Shown: positions 1 to 11,345, counted from the first letter of the stretch. The stretch is 64,000 nt of DNA from Caldisericia bacterium (GCA_963674785.1 OY771555.1:864001-928000); one strand, 5' to 3'. Program-made: numbers and translations. The notes: a model not told the origin generated them from the letters alone.

Positions 1-2396
1 TCTGGGGCGATGGCTTTTTCAGTAATCTGCTCGTCTATTTTTTCTTCTTCAGTCACAGAATCAAAAAGTGACGATTTTTCAATTGCTGGTTCAGGGAAGA
101 GCTGTTCCTGCTCCTGATTCCGGATTGGTTCTGGCTCTGGTTCAGGTTTTTTTACCTGTGGATCTTCCACAATTTCAGGTGGTTTTGGTTTTTCAACTGG
201 AGGCTTGAGAATCTCAGGTTCTGTTTTTGGCTTTGATTCCTGTGCAGGTTTTTTGTTCATGAATTGGGTTATGTCTGGCGGTCGAAGTCTTGGTGTCCTG
301 AATGTTCCTGTCTTTCTTGTTTGTTTTGGTATGACCCTTTTTTCTGTTTCTGGTTTTTTTTCAACCTGTTTTGGTTTTTGTGGCTCTGGTTGAGGTTTTT
401 TAACTGGTTCTGTTGTTAATGGTTCAACCTTTTCAGTCTCTACCTGTTCAAATTCTTCCTCGATTGTAGGTTGAGGTTCTTCCACAATTTCTGGCTCTTC
501 TTCAAACTCTGGTTTATGTGAAAGTGTTGGTTCTTGTTTGTCTACAATTGGGATTTCTTCCTCTGTGTAAACGACTTCTTCCTTTTTGAAATTGCCGAGT
601 TTATCAAGTGGTCTTTCTTCGCTATCGAAATCAGTCTTGAGGAATTCGTCATCATCCCCTTTTCCGGAGAATTTCACAAATAATGCAACGATTCCGAGGA
701 TTATCAGGAAGATAAAGAAAAGAGTAGCAAGAAAAACAAAAAGATATTTTTGCGGGTTTTTAAAAGCCTTAGGAATATCCCTGAAGAAATTTCCTATCGA
801 GTATCCAGTTGTTTTGTCTTCAGGCTTCTCTGGTTCTGGTTCGGGATCTACCATGGGAGCATCGTCAGGGGCACCCTCTGGTGTCCAGCCGGCAACACCA
901 GATGCCTTCTGTGGGTTTCCGATCGTTCTTGAAACTGATAGATCAAGTGATGATGGAACCTGGAAAAATCCAGCTTTCTTGCCTGGGTCTCCATCAAGAA
1001 GAAGCATTGTTTCAGTAACTGAGAAATTCGCTTTTGAATGAGAACCTTTTGCTAAAGCCTCCGTTGTTTGAACAGCTTTTCCGGTTACCTCAAAAAACAA
1101 ACTTCCAGTTTCTTTGACTTCACCACTGGAAAATGGTTCCATCAACCAAAGTTTTCTGTTTCCGCCTTCAGTATCTGATGGACCAGTAAATGTATTCCAT
1201 GTGTCACCCATATTATTTGCGGTGATTGATGGGAGAAAGGTCGCACCGTTGTCTGCTGACTCAGACCCCATCGCAAGTACTGTTATTGGTCTAGTAGAAA
1301 CAATCGTTGTTGCATTCATGAATTCAGATTTTTCGGGAAGACCGTTTGCAAATATCTTTTTTTCACCTGCATTCATGACAAAAGTTTCAGGATTTTTGCT
1401 TTTGTCAGACCAGATGACATCGATTTTTGTGTCGTCAAATGTTGCACCAATGAGAACCTTGCCAATTGGCATATATGAATACTTCAGTCCCTTCTGAGGA
1501 ACTGAAAAAACAGATGTTCTTGGGGATGAGCCGTATTGAATCACACAGTTTTTGTCGGTGTCTACTGTACAGAAAGTTTGTGAAAGTTCATCAATATAGA
1601 GGGTCTGACCTTTTGATAAAACTTCGCTTTTATATTGACTTCCCCTGGCACTTACTCTTACGGTGTTCTGGTCGTGAAGAGATGTTATTGCAAGAATGTC
1701 TGGGACATAGATATGACAGAAAGAGCTGTTGGGTATAAAAGCTGTCATGTCCCCATTTTTTGAGCTGAAATTGCCAACCGCAACTGAGCACATTCCGGTT
1801 TCGCTGTATATCTTCAGTGTGGTTGGTTCTTTGAGTGAGAATTGCCTGAGTGATCCTGGGCCATAAACCTCTGCTGCAACGGTTCTCCCAGTTTTTGCAT
1901 CCTTGATGAAGTTTCCCTCTGAATCTTCGATTGTGATCTTGTTATCTTTTGAATAGGAACTGATTTTGACATCACCCCAGGCATATGTCACAAAAAACTT
2001 GCCAAGGTATCTTTCAACACCAGCATGGGTCTGAAGAGGTTTATTTGCGTCAGGATTGCCGTAATAGATGTAATAATCCTCTGTGCCATTTGCAGGGATA
2101 TCGGCACCGATGCGAATTTTAATGAGGTTTCCTGCCGGATTTTTTGAGGTGATCTGGAATGGGATGATGTTTCCCTTGCTGTCTGTGACCCTGATATCAG
2201 AACCGTCCTGGTTCATGTGTTCCATGGATAGTTGAATGTCAATTGGGTGTGAAAGTCTTGGGATTCCCGCCTTTTCATTTACCGTAACAATAGATCGGTA
2301 CTCCCAGTATTTGGACTTAGTATCTGCTTTGGTGGAGATTGCAAATATCCCAAAGGTAAGAAGTATGATTAGTAAGGAGATTAGTCCTTTTTTCAT
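1..2396 (-). CDS. DUF2341-domain secreted/membrane protein with Pro/Glu/Lys-rich C-terminal tail (runs off window start)
   Basis: ATG at 2396, directly after the upstream stop. N-terminus MKKGLISLLIILL.. is a signal peptide, followed by WEYRSIVTV..MNQDGSDIRVTD..IPF..YIYYGNP (DUF2341 signature). TM helix near nt 680-750, then a low-complexity PEPEK-rich tail. Absent from the ORF track because no stop lies inside the window. Confidence 0.7.
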   Translation of the reverse strand, partial: MKKGLISLLIILLTFGIFAISTKADTKSKYWEYRSIVTVNEKAGIPRLSHPIDIQLSMEHMNQDGSDIRVTDSKGNIIPFQITSKNPAGNLIKIRIGADIPANGTEDYYIYYGNPDANKPLQTHAGVERYLGKFFVTYAWGDVKISSYSKDNKITIEDSEGNFIKDAKTGRTVAAEVYGPGSLRQFSLKEPTTLKIYSETGMCSVAVGNFSSKNGDMTAFIPNSSFCHIYVPDILAITSLHDQNTVRVSARGSQYKSEVLSKGQTLYIDELSQTFCTVDTDKNCVIQYGSSPRTSVFSVPQKGLKYSYMPIGKVLIGATFDDTKIDVIWSDKSKNPETFVMNAGEKKIFANGLPEKSEFMNATTIVSTRPITVLAMGSESADNGATFLPSITANNMGDTWNTFTGPSDTEGGNRKLWLMEPFSSGEVKETGSLFFEVTGKAVQTTEALAKGSHSKANFSVTETMLLLDGDPGKKAGFFQVPSSLDLSVSRTIGNPQKASGVAGWTPEGAPDDAPMVDPEPEPEKPEDKTTGYSIGNFFRDIPKAFKNPQKYLFVFLATLFFIFLIILGIVALFVKFSGKGDDDEFLKTDFDSEERPLDKLGNFKKEEVVYTEEEIPIVDKQEPTLSHKPEFEEEPEIVEEPQPTIEEEFEQVETEKVEPLTTEPVKKPQPEPQKPKQVEKKPETEKRVIPKQTRKTGTFRTPRLRPPDITQFMNKKPAQESKPKTEPEILKPPVEKPKPPEIVEDPQVKKPEPEPEPIRNQEQEQLFPEPAIEKSSLFDSVTEEEKIDEQITEKAIAP

Positions 2397-3035
2397 CTAT
2401 TCGTCCTGTTTTCTAACTCTCGTTGTACAGAATGGACAAACCTTCCATTCGGTTTCAAGAAGCCTTCCACAGCTTGGGCAGCTCATCTTGAGTTGCTTAA
2501 AGCAGTTTGGGCAAACCTGATAATCATCAGAAATTGGAGTTCCGCAAACAGGACAGATATGTTTTTCTTTTGATAAAACGTACTGATAATAATCACTTTC
2601 AATCTTTCGAAGTCTTGCATCAGACTCAATGATTTTTTGCTCCTCGGTCGTAAGAACCGGTCTCCAGAGAAGGTATATGATCCATGGGATAATAAGAAGA
2701 GACGCAATCCCCCAGACCCAACCGTAGTTTGTTCTTCTGTCCGCATCAAAGTAGACCCAGAGAGCGATGAAGACAACGGTCATAATAAGAATCCATGGGA
2801 GAAGTCTTGCAAAAAGACTTAGGAAATTATTGATGCTTGTGAGAAGGTCGGGTGGACTTCCAGGGTCAGTTAATGCGACTTCGGGGGTGCTTGTAACTTC
2901 AGTCACAGTTTCAGTAACATCTTCAGCATCTGCAACAATCATGGTGGAATCATAGTTAATCTCTGCAGCAACCACGGTTATTACTGGCATCAGTACGATA
3001 ACAAATACAACAATCAGCAGTGCAAATCTCTTCAC
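2397..3035 (-). CDS. Membrane protein with C-terminal double zinc ribbon
   Basis: GGAGG RBS then GTG at 3035; signal peptide and TM helices; CPVC..CPNC..CPSC..CPFC motifs. Confidence 0.8.
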   Translation of the reverse strand: MKRFALLIVVFVIVLMPVITVVAAEINYDSTMIVADAEDVTETVTEVTSTPEVALTDPGSPPDLLTSINNFLSLFARLLPWILIMTVVFIALWVYFDADRRTNYGWVWGIASLLIIPWIIYLLWRPVLTTEEQKIIESDARLRKIESDYYQYVLSKEKHICPVCGTPISDDYQVCPNCFKQLKMSCPSCGRLLETEWKVCPFCTTRVRKQDE

Positions 3036-3096
3036 AGCATACCTCCGTTCGTCAATTCTAGTCAGCATGTCGATGTTTGCAAGGATTTTTGGAAAG

Positions 3097-3125
3097 AAAA
3101 AAGCCCCTCATGTTTCAAGGGGCTT
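3097..3125 (-). terminator. Intrinsic terminator of the stalk-protein array
   Basis: AAGCCCCT..AGGGGCTT hairpin followed by a T-tract on the minus strand. Confidence 0.7.
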
Positions 3126-3156
3126 ATACTTAAAATGATTTTCAAAACAGCTTTTA

Positions 3157-4512
3157 TTATTCTGGATGAATGATCTTATCAATCATCACAAGTTTTTCGT
3201 TTGCATCATACTGCACGCTCGCATCAAAAGTTTCTGCTACAAACCTTAACGGTACCATGGTTCTTCCATTTATGATGGTGGCAGGTGGATCGATAGCTGA
3301 TTCCTTGCCGTCTATTGTGACGATGGGGCTGCCAATTGGCATTAAGACTCTGGTTTTTCCATATATGAACACAACAGTCCTGGTTTCTGAAACCCACTCT
3401 GTTGTCGCACTGAAACTGTCTGCAACAGCTCTAAAAGGTATCATTGTCCTGTCACGAAGGATGGTGGCCGGAGTATCCAGTTTGATCATTTCTCCATTTA
3501 CTTCCATCTCATCACGACCAATCCACACCCTCATGTTCAGATAGTCACAGTTTTCATAATCAATATCCCTTGTTTCAAGGATTTCTCCATCAGCGTCGAA
3601 AACCTCAACTTTTATCGGGGTAAATGATGGCTCTTTATTGAGTGCTACTTCATGGTCGAATTGATGGTATATCTTGGATTCCTTTGAGTTTACGGAAACG
3701 AATGTTTCGTAGGGGATTTCACCAAAGATTTCGTATTGTGTCTGGTTAAATATTTTGGGGTTTGGTGTATCCAGCTTGAGAATGTCTTCAGGTGGAAAGT
3801 CGTTTTGGGGTTCATCTGGTTCTGGTACTGTCTCTTGTATGATTACAAAATCTTCGCCATTGGTATCGCCAACTTTGAAGTCGAATGCCTGCAGGATGAA
3901 GGGCAGATGAACCATGATTTGGTTGTCAATCATTGATGGTGCAGCTTCCATTTGGAATGTTTCACCGTTAATAGTCGCCCATGTTGATCCAACTGTTAAA
4001 ACCGCGACATGAGAACCAAGAGTAATTGTAGCTGAAGATCCTACAGGAGTTACTGCAACGCCGTCAAAACCTTCATATAATAATTGAAGCGGTACCATTG
4101 TGTAATCATTTATCAACTGTGGGGCGACATCAAGCTCAATCCTTTTTCCACTTGCATAAATCGTTTTTTTATCTAAATAAATTGATAATTCTCTTCTAAA
4201 AATATTTTTTAACTGGAAATCAAATGACTTTATAACCTCCCCATCTTTATCTGTTACCTCAATGTTTGCAGTGGTTATCGATGGTGCCTTATCAAGATAC
4301 ACAGTGTGTCTGAATTTCCTTTTTACTTCTGCATCTTCGCCATTTACTTTGACGTTTGTGCTCTCCCAAACTTTGCCAGAGATTGTGACACTCTCAGCTT
4401 TGATCGATGAGAGTTCAGAATTCAAAATCACAAGCGTTGGGATTTCAGCAGATACAATCCCTCCTCCAAAAACCAATCCCACAATCAATATTAAAGTTAC
4501 CAGTTTTCTCAT
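3157..4512 (-). CDS. Copper amine oxidase N-terminal (stalk) domain surface protein
   Basis: Signal peptide; two stalk units with PATIINGRTMVPLRFVAE-type motifs. Confidence 0.85.
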   Translation of the reverse strand: MRKLVTLILIVGLVFGGGIVSAEIPTLVILNSELSSIKAESVTISGKVWESTNVKVNGEDAEVKRKFRHTVYLDKAPSITTANIEVTDKDGEVIKSFDFQLKNIFRRELSIYLDKKTIYASGKRIELDVAPQLINDYTMVPLQLLYEGFDGVAVTPVGSSATITLGSHVAVLTVGSTWATINGETFQMEAAPSMIDNQIMVHLPFILQAFDFKVGDTNGEDFVIIQETVPEPDEPQNDFPPEDILKLDTPNPKIFNQTQYEIFGEIPYETFVSVNSKESKIYHQFDHEVALNKEPSFTPIKVEVFDADGEILETRDIDYENCDYLNMRVWIGRDEMEVNGEMIKLDTPATILRDRTMIPFRAVADSFSATTEWVSETRTVVFIYGKTRVLMPIGSPIVTIDGKESAIDPPATIINGRTMVPLRFVAETFDASVQYDANEKLVMIDKIIHPE

Positions 4513-4525
4513 TTTGTTTCTCCCA

Positions 4526-5905
4526 TCATGGATAAATTTTTTGTCTTATCACAATTGCTTTCTCATCAGCAATCCACTCAAGTTCTGCGTTAAAGGCTTC
4601 TACGACAAACCTCAATGGTACCATTATACTACCGTTTACAACCTGTGCAGGAACATCAAGCTCAATCTCTTGGTCATTATATTTTGCAGTTTTTGACCCG
4701 AGTTTTAATTCGATTCTTGTTTCTCCACCGGCGTTGTTGACCCGTATTTTAACAGTTTTTATTGCATCAATCCATTCTAGCTCTGCTCCAAATACCTCGG
4801 TAATTGATCTAAATGGAACCAAGGTTGAGCCGTCAATTACTTGTGGGGGTGCGTATAATTCATATGGAGTTCCATTCACCATCATTTCAGTTTTATCAAC
4901 CCAAAGTTGGATTACAAGCTCGCTGGCATTCACAAACAGTTCCGTTTTAAAATTAATTGGTTCTCCCTCTGGATCTTCAGATTCAATGTTTATTACAGTA
5001 AATGACGGAGCTTCTTTGACCGGCATTGTTATCCTGAATTTCTTGAAGATTTCTGCTTCAAGCCCATTTACAAATACTGATGATCCCGCTGGCACTTCAC
5101 CCTCAATCATGTAGTGTTCTGCTTCTAAAACTGAAGGTTCCCAGTCATCAAGGATGAGGTTTCCAGTATTTTTCACCTTTGGGGTTTTGAAATCTGGTGC
5201 GGGATTAGACTCTCTCTTTATTATGATTGATTGGTTAGCTCCATCCCAAAAAACCTTAGCACCAAATGTTTCTGCTACGAATCTTATTGGTACAAACGTA
5301 TGGCCATCTACAAGTTTTGCAGGCGCATCAAGTTTGAGCTCCTCCCCATTTATTATTGCAACTGTTTTGTCAAGTGAAAGCTCCAGCTTTATTTTGTCTC
5401 CTGTCATTAGGATTGTTTTTGTTTCTTGAACCCAAGCAACTTCAGCTCCAAGATTTTCTGCAATACTCCTAAATGGGAGCATTGTTCTCCAGTTTTTTGT
5501 GTCAATAAATGGTGCTGCTGAGATTTCTTGTTTTATGCCATTTACTTCCATGACGGTGCTGTTTATCTGGTATTTCAGTTCTATCATAGACTTGTTTGCA
5601 ACCTGGAGTGTGTAACTCTCAATATTCTCACCGGCCTCATTTTTTACAACAATTCCTGCAGGAGTATATGAAGGTGCTTTGTCGAGGGGAACTGAGATTC
5701 TGAATTTTGTAAATACCTCCGCTTCACTTCCATTCACCCAGATTTTTTCTAAATCGTATGGAATCTCCCCTTCAAGATAGTATTCAGTTAATTTAAAACC
5801 CGATAGTTCCGGGTCATCCAAGATAATAACCGGCTCATCAGCCCAAATTATCCCAGCACCAAAAACCAACCCTATGATTACAAGCAATGCAATAAACTTC
5901 TTCAT
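4526..5905 (-). CDS. Stalk-domain surface protein
   Basis: Signal peptide; RTMLPFRSIAENLGAEVAW and GSIMVPLRFVVEAFNAELEW motifs. Confidence 0.85.
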   Translation of the reverse strand: MKKFIALLVIIGLVFGAGIIWADEPVIILDDPELSGFKLTEYYLEGEIPYDLEKIWVNGSEAEVFTKFRISVPLDKAPSYTPAGIVVKNEAGENIESYTLQVANKSMIELKYQINSTVMEVNGIKQEISAAPFIDTKNWRTMLPFRSIAENLGAEVAWVQETKTILMTGDKIKLELSLDKTVAIINGEELKLDAPAKLVDGHTFVPIRFVAETFGAKVFWDGANQSIIIKRESNPAPDFKTPKVKNTGNLILDDWEPSVLEAEHYMIEGEVPAGSSVFVNGLEAEIFKKFRITMPVKEAPSFTVINIESEDPEGEPINFKTELFVNASELVIQLWVDKTEMMVNGTPYELYAPPQVIDGSTLVPFRSITEVFGAELEWIDAIKTVKIRVNNAGGETRIELKLGSKTAKYNDQEIELDVPAQVVNGSIMVPLRFVVEAFNAELEWIADEKAIVIRQKIYP

Positions 5906-5917
5906 TTCTACTTCCTC

Positions 5918-7270
5918 CTATTTCCTGATTTCTATTGATCTTTCAGCTGCAAACCATGTTATTTCTGCATCAAAGGCTTCGATAATAAACCTTATGGGTA
6001 CCAATGCTCTCCCATTGATAACTTGTGCTGCGACATCCAGTGTGACATCTTGACCATTTACGGTTGATATTTTGCTGCCCAGAGGCAAAAGAATTCTTGT
6101 TGAGCCAAACTCGATAATGATGGTTTTTGTTTCATTAATCCATGTTGTTTCTGCATCAAATCCATCGGCAATTGCTCTGATTGGCACCATTGTCCTGTCA
6201 TAGACAATTTGCGGAGGAACATCAATTGGTACCATTTCTCTTTTAACCTGCATCTCAGATTTGCCAAGCCAAAGTTTGATATAGATGCCATCAAATCCGT
6301 TTATCATTTCTTCTTTTGTTTCAAGGATTTTTCCGTCTTTACCAAAAGCTTCAATTCTAACAGGAGTCATTGTGGGTTCATTTTTAAGAGACACAGTGGT
6401 TCTGAACTTTTGAATTAATTCCAAATCTTTCCCATCAACCATGATTATTGTTTTGTCTGGAATTTCTCCCTTTATGCCTAACTCCGGTTCACTGATTAGT
6501 GATGTTCTGAACCCATCAAAATCAATGACTGAATTCTCATTTTCCTCAGATACCTCAAAATCTTTTTCTGGATGGAATTCTTTTACATATTCAACAGTGT
6601 TTTTGTCGTTGCTCCAAGGTCTTGTGCAATCAAGAGCGTCTTCTGGGAACCAATGTGGAACAAAGGTTTTGTTATCCACTCTAAATGGTCTGTGTTGGAA
6701 AAGCTTTTTCTTTTCACCGTTAACATAGTAATATTTTGAATCAAACGGGATGCTGACATCATACCCTCCACCACTAAATGTCTCGGTTTGTGTTTCTTCA
6801 TCCCAGGTTGAGCCTTTGCCGTAGAATGCTTTGCAAACATCATCAAATGGAACGTAGAGGTAAATCCCGGATTTTCTAGCAGGAGCATCAATTTCAATCT
6901 CATCACCGTTGATCAGCATTGTGTTTTTGTCGAGAGTGAAAACAACTTCAGTTTTATAATAGTTTTCAATATGAAGAGTTTGATTTTCAATTATGTTGTT
7001 ATCTTCGTCAAAAGCTTCAACTTTGATGTGTGTATATGAGGGTGCAGGATTGAGTGGCACCACTGATTCGAACCTTCTAAACATTTCAACATCAGCACCA
7101 TTTACCTTAACAGATGTCCCAAGTGGGACAGTCCCCTCAAGGTGATATTCAGTTGCAACGTATGCTTTTAACTCCGGATCATCCAGGATGATTACAGATT
7201 CAGTTGCCCAAATAATCCCAGCACTAACAACCAACCCCATAACCAAAAGCAATGCGATAAACTTCTTCAT
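5918..7270 (-). CDS. Stalk-domain surface protein
   Basis: Signal peptide; DRTMVPIRAIADGF and GRALVPIRFIIEAF motifs. Confidence 0.85.
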   Translation of the reverse strand: MKKFIALLLVMGLVVSAGIIWATESVIILDDPELKAYVATEYHLEGTVPLGTSVKVNGADVEMFRRFESVVPLNPAPSYTHIKVEAFDEDNNIIENQTLHIENYYKTEVVFTLDKNTMLINGDEIEIDAPARKSGIYLYVPFDDVCKAFYGKGSTWDEETQTETFSGGGYDVSIPFDSKYYYVNGEKKKLFQHRPFRVDNKTFVPHWFPEDALDCTRPWSNDKNTVEYVKEFHPEKDFEVSEENENSVIDFDGFRTSLISEPELGIKGEIPDKTIIMVDGKDLELIQKFRTTVSLKNEPTMTPVRIEAFGKDGKILETKEEMINGFDGIYIKLWLGKSEMQVKREMVPIDVPPQIVYDRTMVPIRAIADGFDAETTWINETKTIIIEFGSTRILLPLGSKISTVNGQDVTLDVAAQVINGRALVPIRFIIEAFDAEITWFAAERSIEIRK

Positions 7271-7282
7271 TTCTACTCCCTC

Positions 7283-8635
7283 CTATTTCGTAACCTTCAC
7301 AATTTTTTCAGCAGCAATCCATTCAACACATAATCCCAAAGCCTCGACTATTGCTCTAAGTGGAACTGTGGCTTGGTTATCAATTATAACAACCGATGGT
7401 GCAGATGTTGCTGCTATTATACCATTTACAATGAAGAAACACTCATCTTGCGGTAACTCGATTTTGACCTGGCCATTCCTAATGACATATGTCTTTGATT
7501 CTCCAAGGTAAGAGCTTTCCAAGTCAAAAGCCTCAATTATGGCTTCAATTGGTACAATTGAGCTTCCATTAATAATATATGGAGACACTCCGTAAGCTTT
7601 GACTTTCCCGTTTATAAGCATATTTGGTTTATCGATCCAAGTCATCATGAGTACTTCATCATCCGATAAATCAATGTTCTTGCTTTCAACAAACTCATCA
7701 TTTTCATCAAAAACCTCAATGAAAACTGGATTGTCTGCTGGTTTTTCGATTATGTTTATGGTCTTCCTGAATTTCTGATATATCTCAGCTGTTTCTCCAT
7801 TTAATTTCACGCTATATTCATTTGGGATATTTCCCTTAAGGTCAATCGTTTGTTTGTCGATCACAGATTTTTGTAGTTTGACAAATTCGATGGCTGATTC
7901 TGGGTTTGGTATCATTTCCTCAAAATCTTTTTCTGGATGAAATTCTTTTTCAAAAATAATTGTGTTTGAATACCTGCCTCCTGGATTTTTGCAGTCAAAT
8001 GCTTCTTCTGGTAACCACTTGGGAACAAGTGTCTCTCCTCCAGCACGAATTGGCTCGTGCTGAAAAAACTTCTTTTTTTCTCCATTAACATAGAAATATT
8101 CAGAGTCAAGCGGAATGCTGACGTCATATCCTCCGCCACTGAATGTCTCAATTTGACTCTCTTCATCCCAGGTTGAACTTTTCCCAAAAAAACCTTCGCA
8201 AATGTACTTAAAAGGGACATACATATGGATCCCAACTTTTTGTGGAAGAACATCTATTGCAGTAGTGCAGCCATTAACTGTCATAGTCAACCCATTTGTG
8301 TAGAAAATAATTTCGGTTTTCCTATAGTTTTCGATTTGCAAGGCTTGACTTTCTATCAAGTTTTTATTTTCATCCAACACCTCGATTTTGATGCGTGTGT
8401 ATGATGGAGCAGGATTGAGTGGAACCGTAGATTCGAATCTTCGGAACATCTCTGCATCTTTACCATTCACTTTTACGATTGACTCAAGTGGGGCTGTTCC
8501 TTCAAGATTGTAGAATGCAGAACTTAGGTATTTCAGTTCAGGATCATCGAGGATGATTACAGACTCGGTTGCCGATATCGGTGATATTGAGAGAATCAAG
8601 CAAAATACTAAAAGTAGTGTAGTTACTTTTCTCAT
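7283..8635 (-). CDS. Stalk-domain surface protein
   Basis: Paralog of 5918-7270; ATVPLRAIVEALG motif. Confidence 0.8.
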   Translation of the reverse strand: MRKVTTLLLVFCLILSISPISATESVIILDDPELKYLSSAFYNLEGTAPLESIVKVNGKDAEMFRRFESTVPLNPAPSYTRIKIEVLDENKNLIESQALQIENYRKTEIIFYTNGLTMTVNGCTTAIDVLPQKVGIHMYVPFKYICEGFFGKSSTWDEESQIETFSGGGYDVSIPLDSEYFYVNGEKKKFFQHEPIRAGGETLVPKWLPEEAFDCKNPGGRYSNTIIFEKEFHPEKDFEEMIPNPESAIEFVKLQKSVIDKQTIDLKGNIPNEYSVKLNGETAEIYQKFRKTINIIEKPADNPVFIEVFDENDEFVESKNIDLSDDEVLMMTWIDKPNMLINGKVKAYGVSPYIINGSSIVPIEAIIEAFDLESSYLGESKTYVIRNGQVKIELPQDECFFIVNGIIAATSAPSVVIIDNQATVPLRAIVEALGLCVEWIAAEKIVKVTK

Positions 8636-8642
8636 TTATCTC

Positions 8643-11345
8643 CTATTTTGTGATAACGATCCAGCCTTCATCCCCATTCCATTCGGTTGTTGCCCCAAAC
8701 TCTTCTGCGATATGGTTTATCGGTGACATTGCTCGACCCTCAATTATTTGAGTTTTGGTTTTCATTTTCTTTTCTACACCATTAACTCTCATGATGTCAC
8801 TGTCAACTGGAAGTTCGATTGTTATATCATCTTTTTCCATTGTGAAGGTTCTTGTCTGACCATCCCAATCTGGTTCTGCATCTAAAAAATCGGAGATGAG
8901 GAGGGTTGGAACCATCATGCACTCAGATATTATGATGGGGTTGCAACCCAGGTCGAATGTGCCACCGTTTAGGAATATCTCCGGATTGTTCTTCCAAATC
9001 TTTAGGTAAAGTGTTTTGTTGAAGATGACAATTTCCTCGCTAAATGCCAAATTACCCTCTTCATTATAGACTGCAATAATCACTGGGTTTTCAGATGGGT
9101 GACTATCCACAAGGATCTCTGCTCTGAATTTGTTGGATGTTTCGGCTTCTATCCCGTTGATCTTAACCGCCGCTCCCATGGGGATTTCACCCTCAAGCTT
9201 ATATGTTTTTCCGTTTGCGACAGATGAATTTAAATCATCAAGGATGAGGTTTTTTTCATCATTTAATTTTGAATCAGTTTGGGTAGGATTTGGGTGGTAT
9301 TGCCTTGTGATTATGGCTGTTTTTTCAATCAGGTTCCATGACACTTTTGTGTCTGTGAAAGCACTCTCGACCAATCTGAATGGGACAAAAATTGTATCGC
9401 TGAATGATATTATTTCTGCACCAATGGATACCTTTTCCTCATTAATTGTCACAAAATCATCCCCGACTTTCAGTTCGGTCAGTTTAGATTTCGTAAAAAT
9501 TGTCGCTGTTTGTGATTCTTCATCCCAGGAGAATTCACCATCAAGAGCCTCTGCGACGTCTTTTATTGGAATCATGAAGCTTCCAGAAACGATCATTGCT
9601 CCTACAGAGATTTCAACTTCCTCCCCATCAACTTTCATTGAGTCGTCCATCATGACAAGCTTTACAGTCTTTTCTTTATAGTTTTCAATATTGAGGGTAT
9701 ATGATTCAAGTTCATTTCCATCTTTGTCTGTTATCTCGATTATGGCAGGTGTAAATGATGGTGCGTCATTTAACACAACAGATGTTTTGAATTTCTGGAA
9801 AATCTCGGCTTCAACATAGTTTGCATTTAATGTGTGTCCAGCTGGAATTGTTCCCTCAAGGTGATAGGTTTCTGCTTTGTAAGTTGTAAAAGTCGGGTCG
9901 TCGTATGCTAATGTGAATTCATCTTCAATTACTTCTTTTGGTTCATCTTTTAGCTTTTCGGGATATATCCATTTTTTTATGTCAACTGATCTGTCATCAG
10001 AGTTCCAGATGACCTCAGCACCAAATGCCTCACCGACGAATCTGAGTGGCACAAGAGTTGAGCCATTGATGATTGTTGCAGCAGTTGTGAGTTCAACTTC
10101 AATACCATTAAGAACCGCAATCTTGCTATCTATTGTGAGGTCGAGGGAAGTTTTCCCTGTTGTCTCATGGAGTGTCATCCTTACAGTTCTTGTTGCTGCA
10201 ATCCATTCAACCTCGGCGCCAAATGCCTCAGCAATTGCCCTGAATGGAAGTAACATACTTCCACCAACATTTGTTGGGGGAACTGAAAGAGTATCGTTGA
10301 TATAATTGACCATCCAGGTTGGATTGTTCTGCTGTAACCACATTGTCAGTTCACCAACGTTTTCGATTGCGATTTTTCTTGATTCAACCTTTTTCCCTTT
10401 TGAATCGAACACTTCCAGTTTGACACGAGTATAGGATGGATGCTCTTCAAGCTTTACTTCAGTCCTGAATTTATGGAAAATCTCAGCATCAACTCCGTCA
10501 ACTGTGACTGTCGCTCCCATGGGGATTTCTCCCTCAATCATGTATTCTGTTCCAAGAAGTACTGATGGTTCTGGGTCATCGAGGATGAGGTTGTTTGAGC
10601 CATTGAGTGTTGATTTTTCGAAGTTTACATCTGCTCCAAACTCCATTCGAATTGTCACCGATCTGTCATCACCATGCCAGACAACTTCTGCTCCGAAGGC
10701 CTCGGCTATAAATCTAAATGGAACCAACAGGGTATCCTCGACCACCTCCGCAGGAGCAGTTAGTCTTATTTTTTCACTGCCGACCATAGCAAATTCTTCA
10801 CCTGCTGCAATTGTTATTATGGTTGAACCATTTGTGATTGTCATAAATTCTTTTTGTGGATGATTTGAAACCTTTGCCCTTAATGCCATTGCGACATCCC
10901 TCAGTGGCACCATTGCACTACCCCGAATAATGTGCATTGGGACTTCAAGCGGAAACTTCTCTCCATTAATCTCAATTGTTGGGTCTCTTAGAACAAGCTT
11001 AAGATTTATCTCCCCGCGGTTTTCAATGTGGTGGGTGTAATTTTCCAATTCATTTCCAGCCTCATCCTTCACCACAATTTCTACTGGGGTGTATGTTTCG
11101 GGTTTATCAAGTGGGATAGTTATCCGAAATTTCCTGAAAACCTCAGCCTTTTCCCCATCAACCTCAACTGTGTTCCCAATTGGAAGCTCACCCTCCAGGT
11201 GATAAGTTTCAGCCTTGAAGGTGGAAAGCTCAGGATCATCAAAAATCAGTTTTGATTCAGAAGCGTCTGTTAAAGCTCCATTAAATGAAAATCCAACCAA
11301 TACAAACACTAACGTAAGAACCAAAAAGCATCGCAAATTCCTCAT
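8643..11345 (-). CDS. Double-length stalk-domain surface protein (four units)
   Basis: 900 aa, about two fused 450-aa modules; repeated ILDDP..YxLEGEIP and VPxRFxxEAFGAEVxW motifs. Confidence 0.85.
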   Translation of the reverse strand: MRNLRCFLVLTLVFVLVGFSFNGALTDASESKLIFDDPELSTFKAETYHLEGELPIGNTVEVDGEKAEVFRKFRITIPLDKPETYTPVEIVVKDEAGNELENYTHHIENRGEINLKLVLRDPTIEINGEKFPLEVPMHIIRGSAMVPLRDVAMALRAKVSNHPQKEFMTITNGSTIITIAAGEEFAMVGSEKIRLTAPAEVVEDTLLVPFRFIAEAFGAEVVWHGDDRSVTIRMEFGADVNFEKSTLNGSNNLILDDPEPSVLLGTEYMIEGEIPMGATVTVDGVDAEIFHKFRTEVKLEEHPSYTRVKLEVFDSKGKKVESRKIAIENVGELTMWLQQNNPTWMVNYINDTLSVPPTNVGGSMLLPFRAIAEAFGAEVEWIAATRTVRMTLHETTGKTSLDLTIDSKIAVLNGIEVELTTAATIINGSTLVPLRFVGEAFGAEVIWNSDDRSVDIKKWIYPEKLKDEPKEVIEDEFTLAYDDPTFTTYKAETYHLEGTIPAGHTLNANYVEAEIFQKFKTSVVLNDAPSFTPAIIEITDKDGNELESYTLNIENYKEKTVKLVMMDDSMKVDGEEVEISVGAMIVSGSFMIPIKDVAEALDGEFSWDEESQTATIFTKSKLTELKVGDDFVTINEEKVSIGAEIISFSDTIFVPFRLVESAFTDTKVSWNLIEKTAIITRQYHPNPTQTDSKLNDEKNLILDDLNSSVANGKTYKLEGEIPMGAAVKINGIEAETSNKFRAEILVDSHPSENPVIIAVYNEEGNLAFSEEIVIFNKTLYLKIWKNNPEIFLNGGTFDLGCNPIIISECMMVPTLLISDFLDAEPDWDGQTRTFTMEKDDITIELPVDSDIMRVNGVEKKMKTKTQIIEGRAMSPINHIAEEFGATTEWNGDEGWIVITK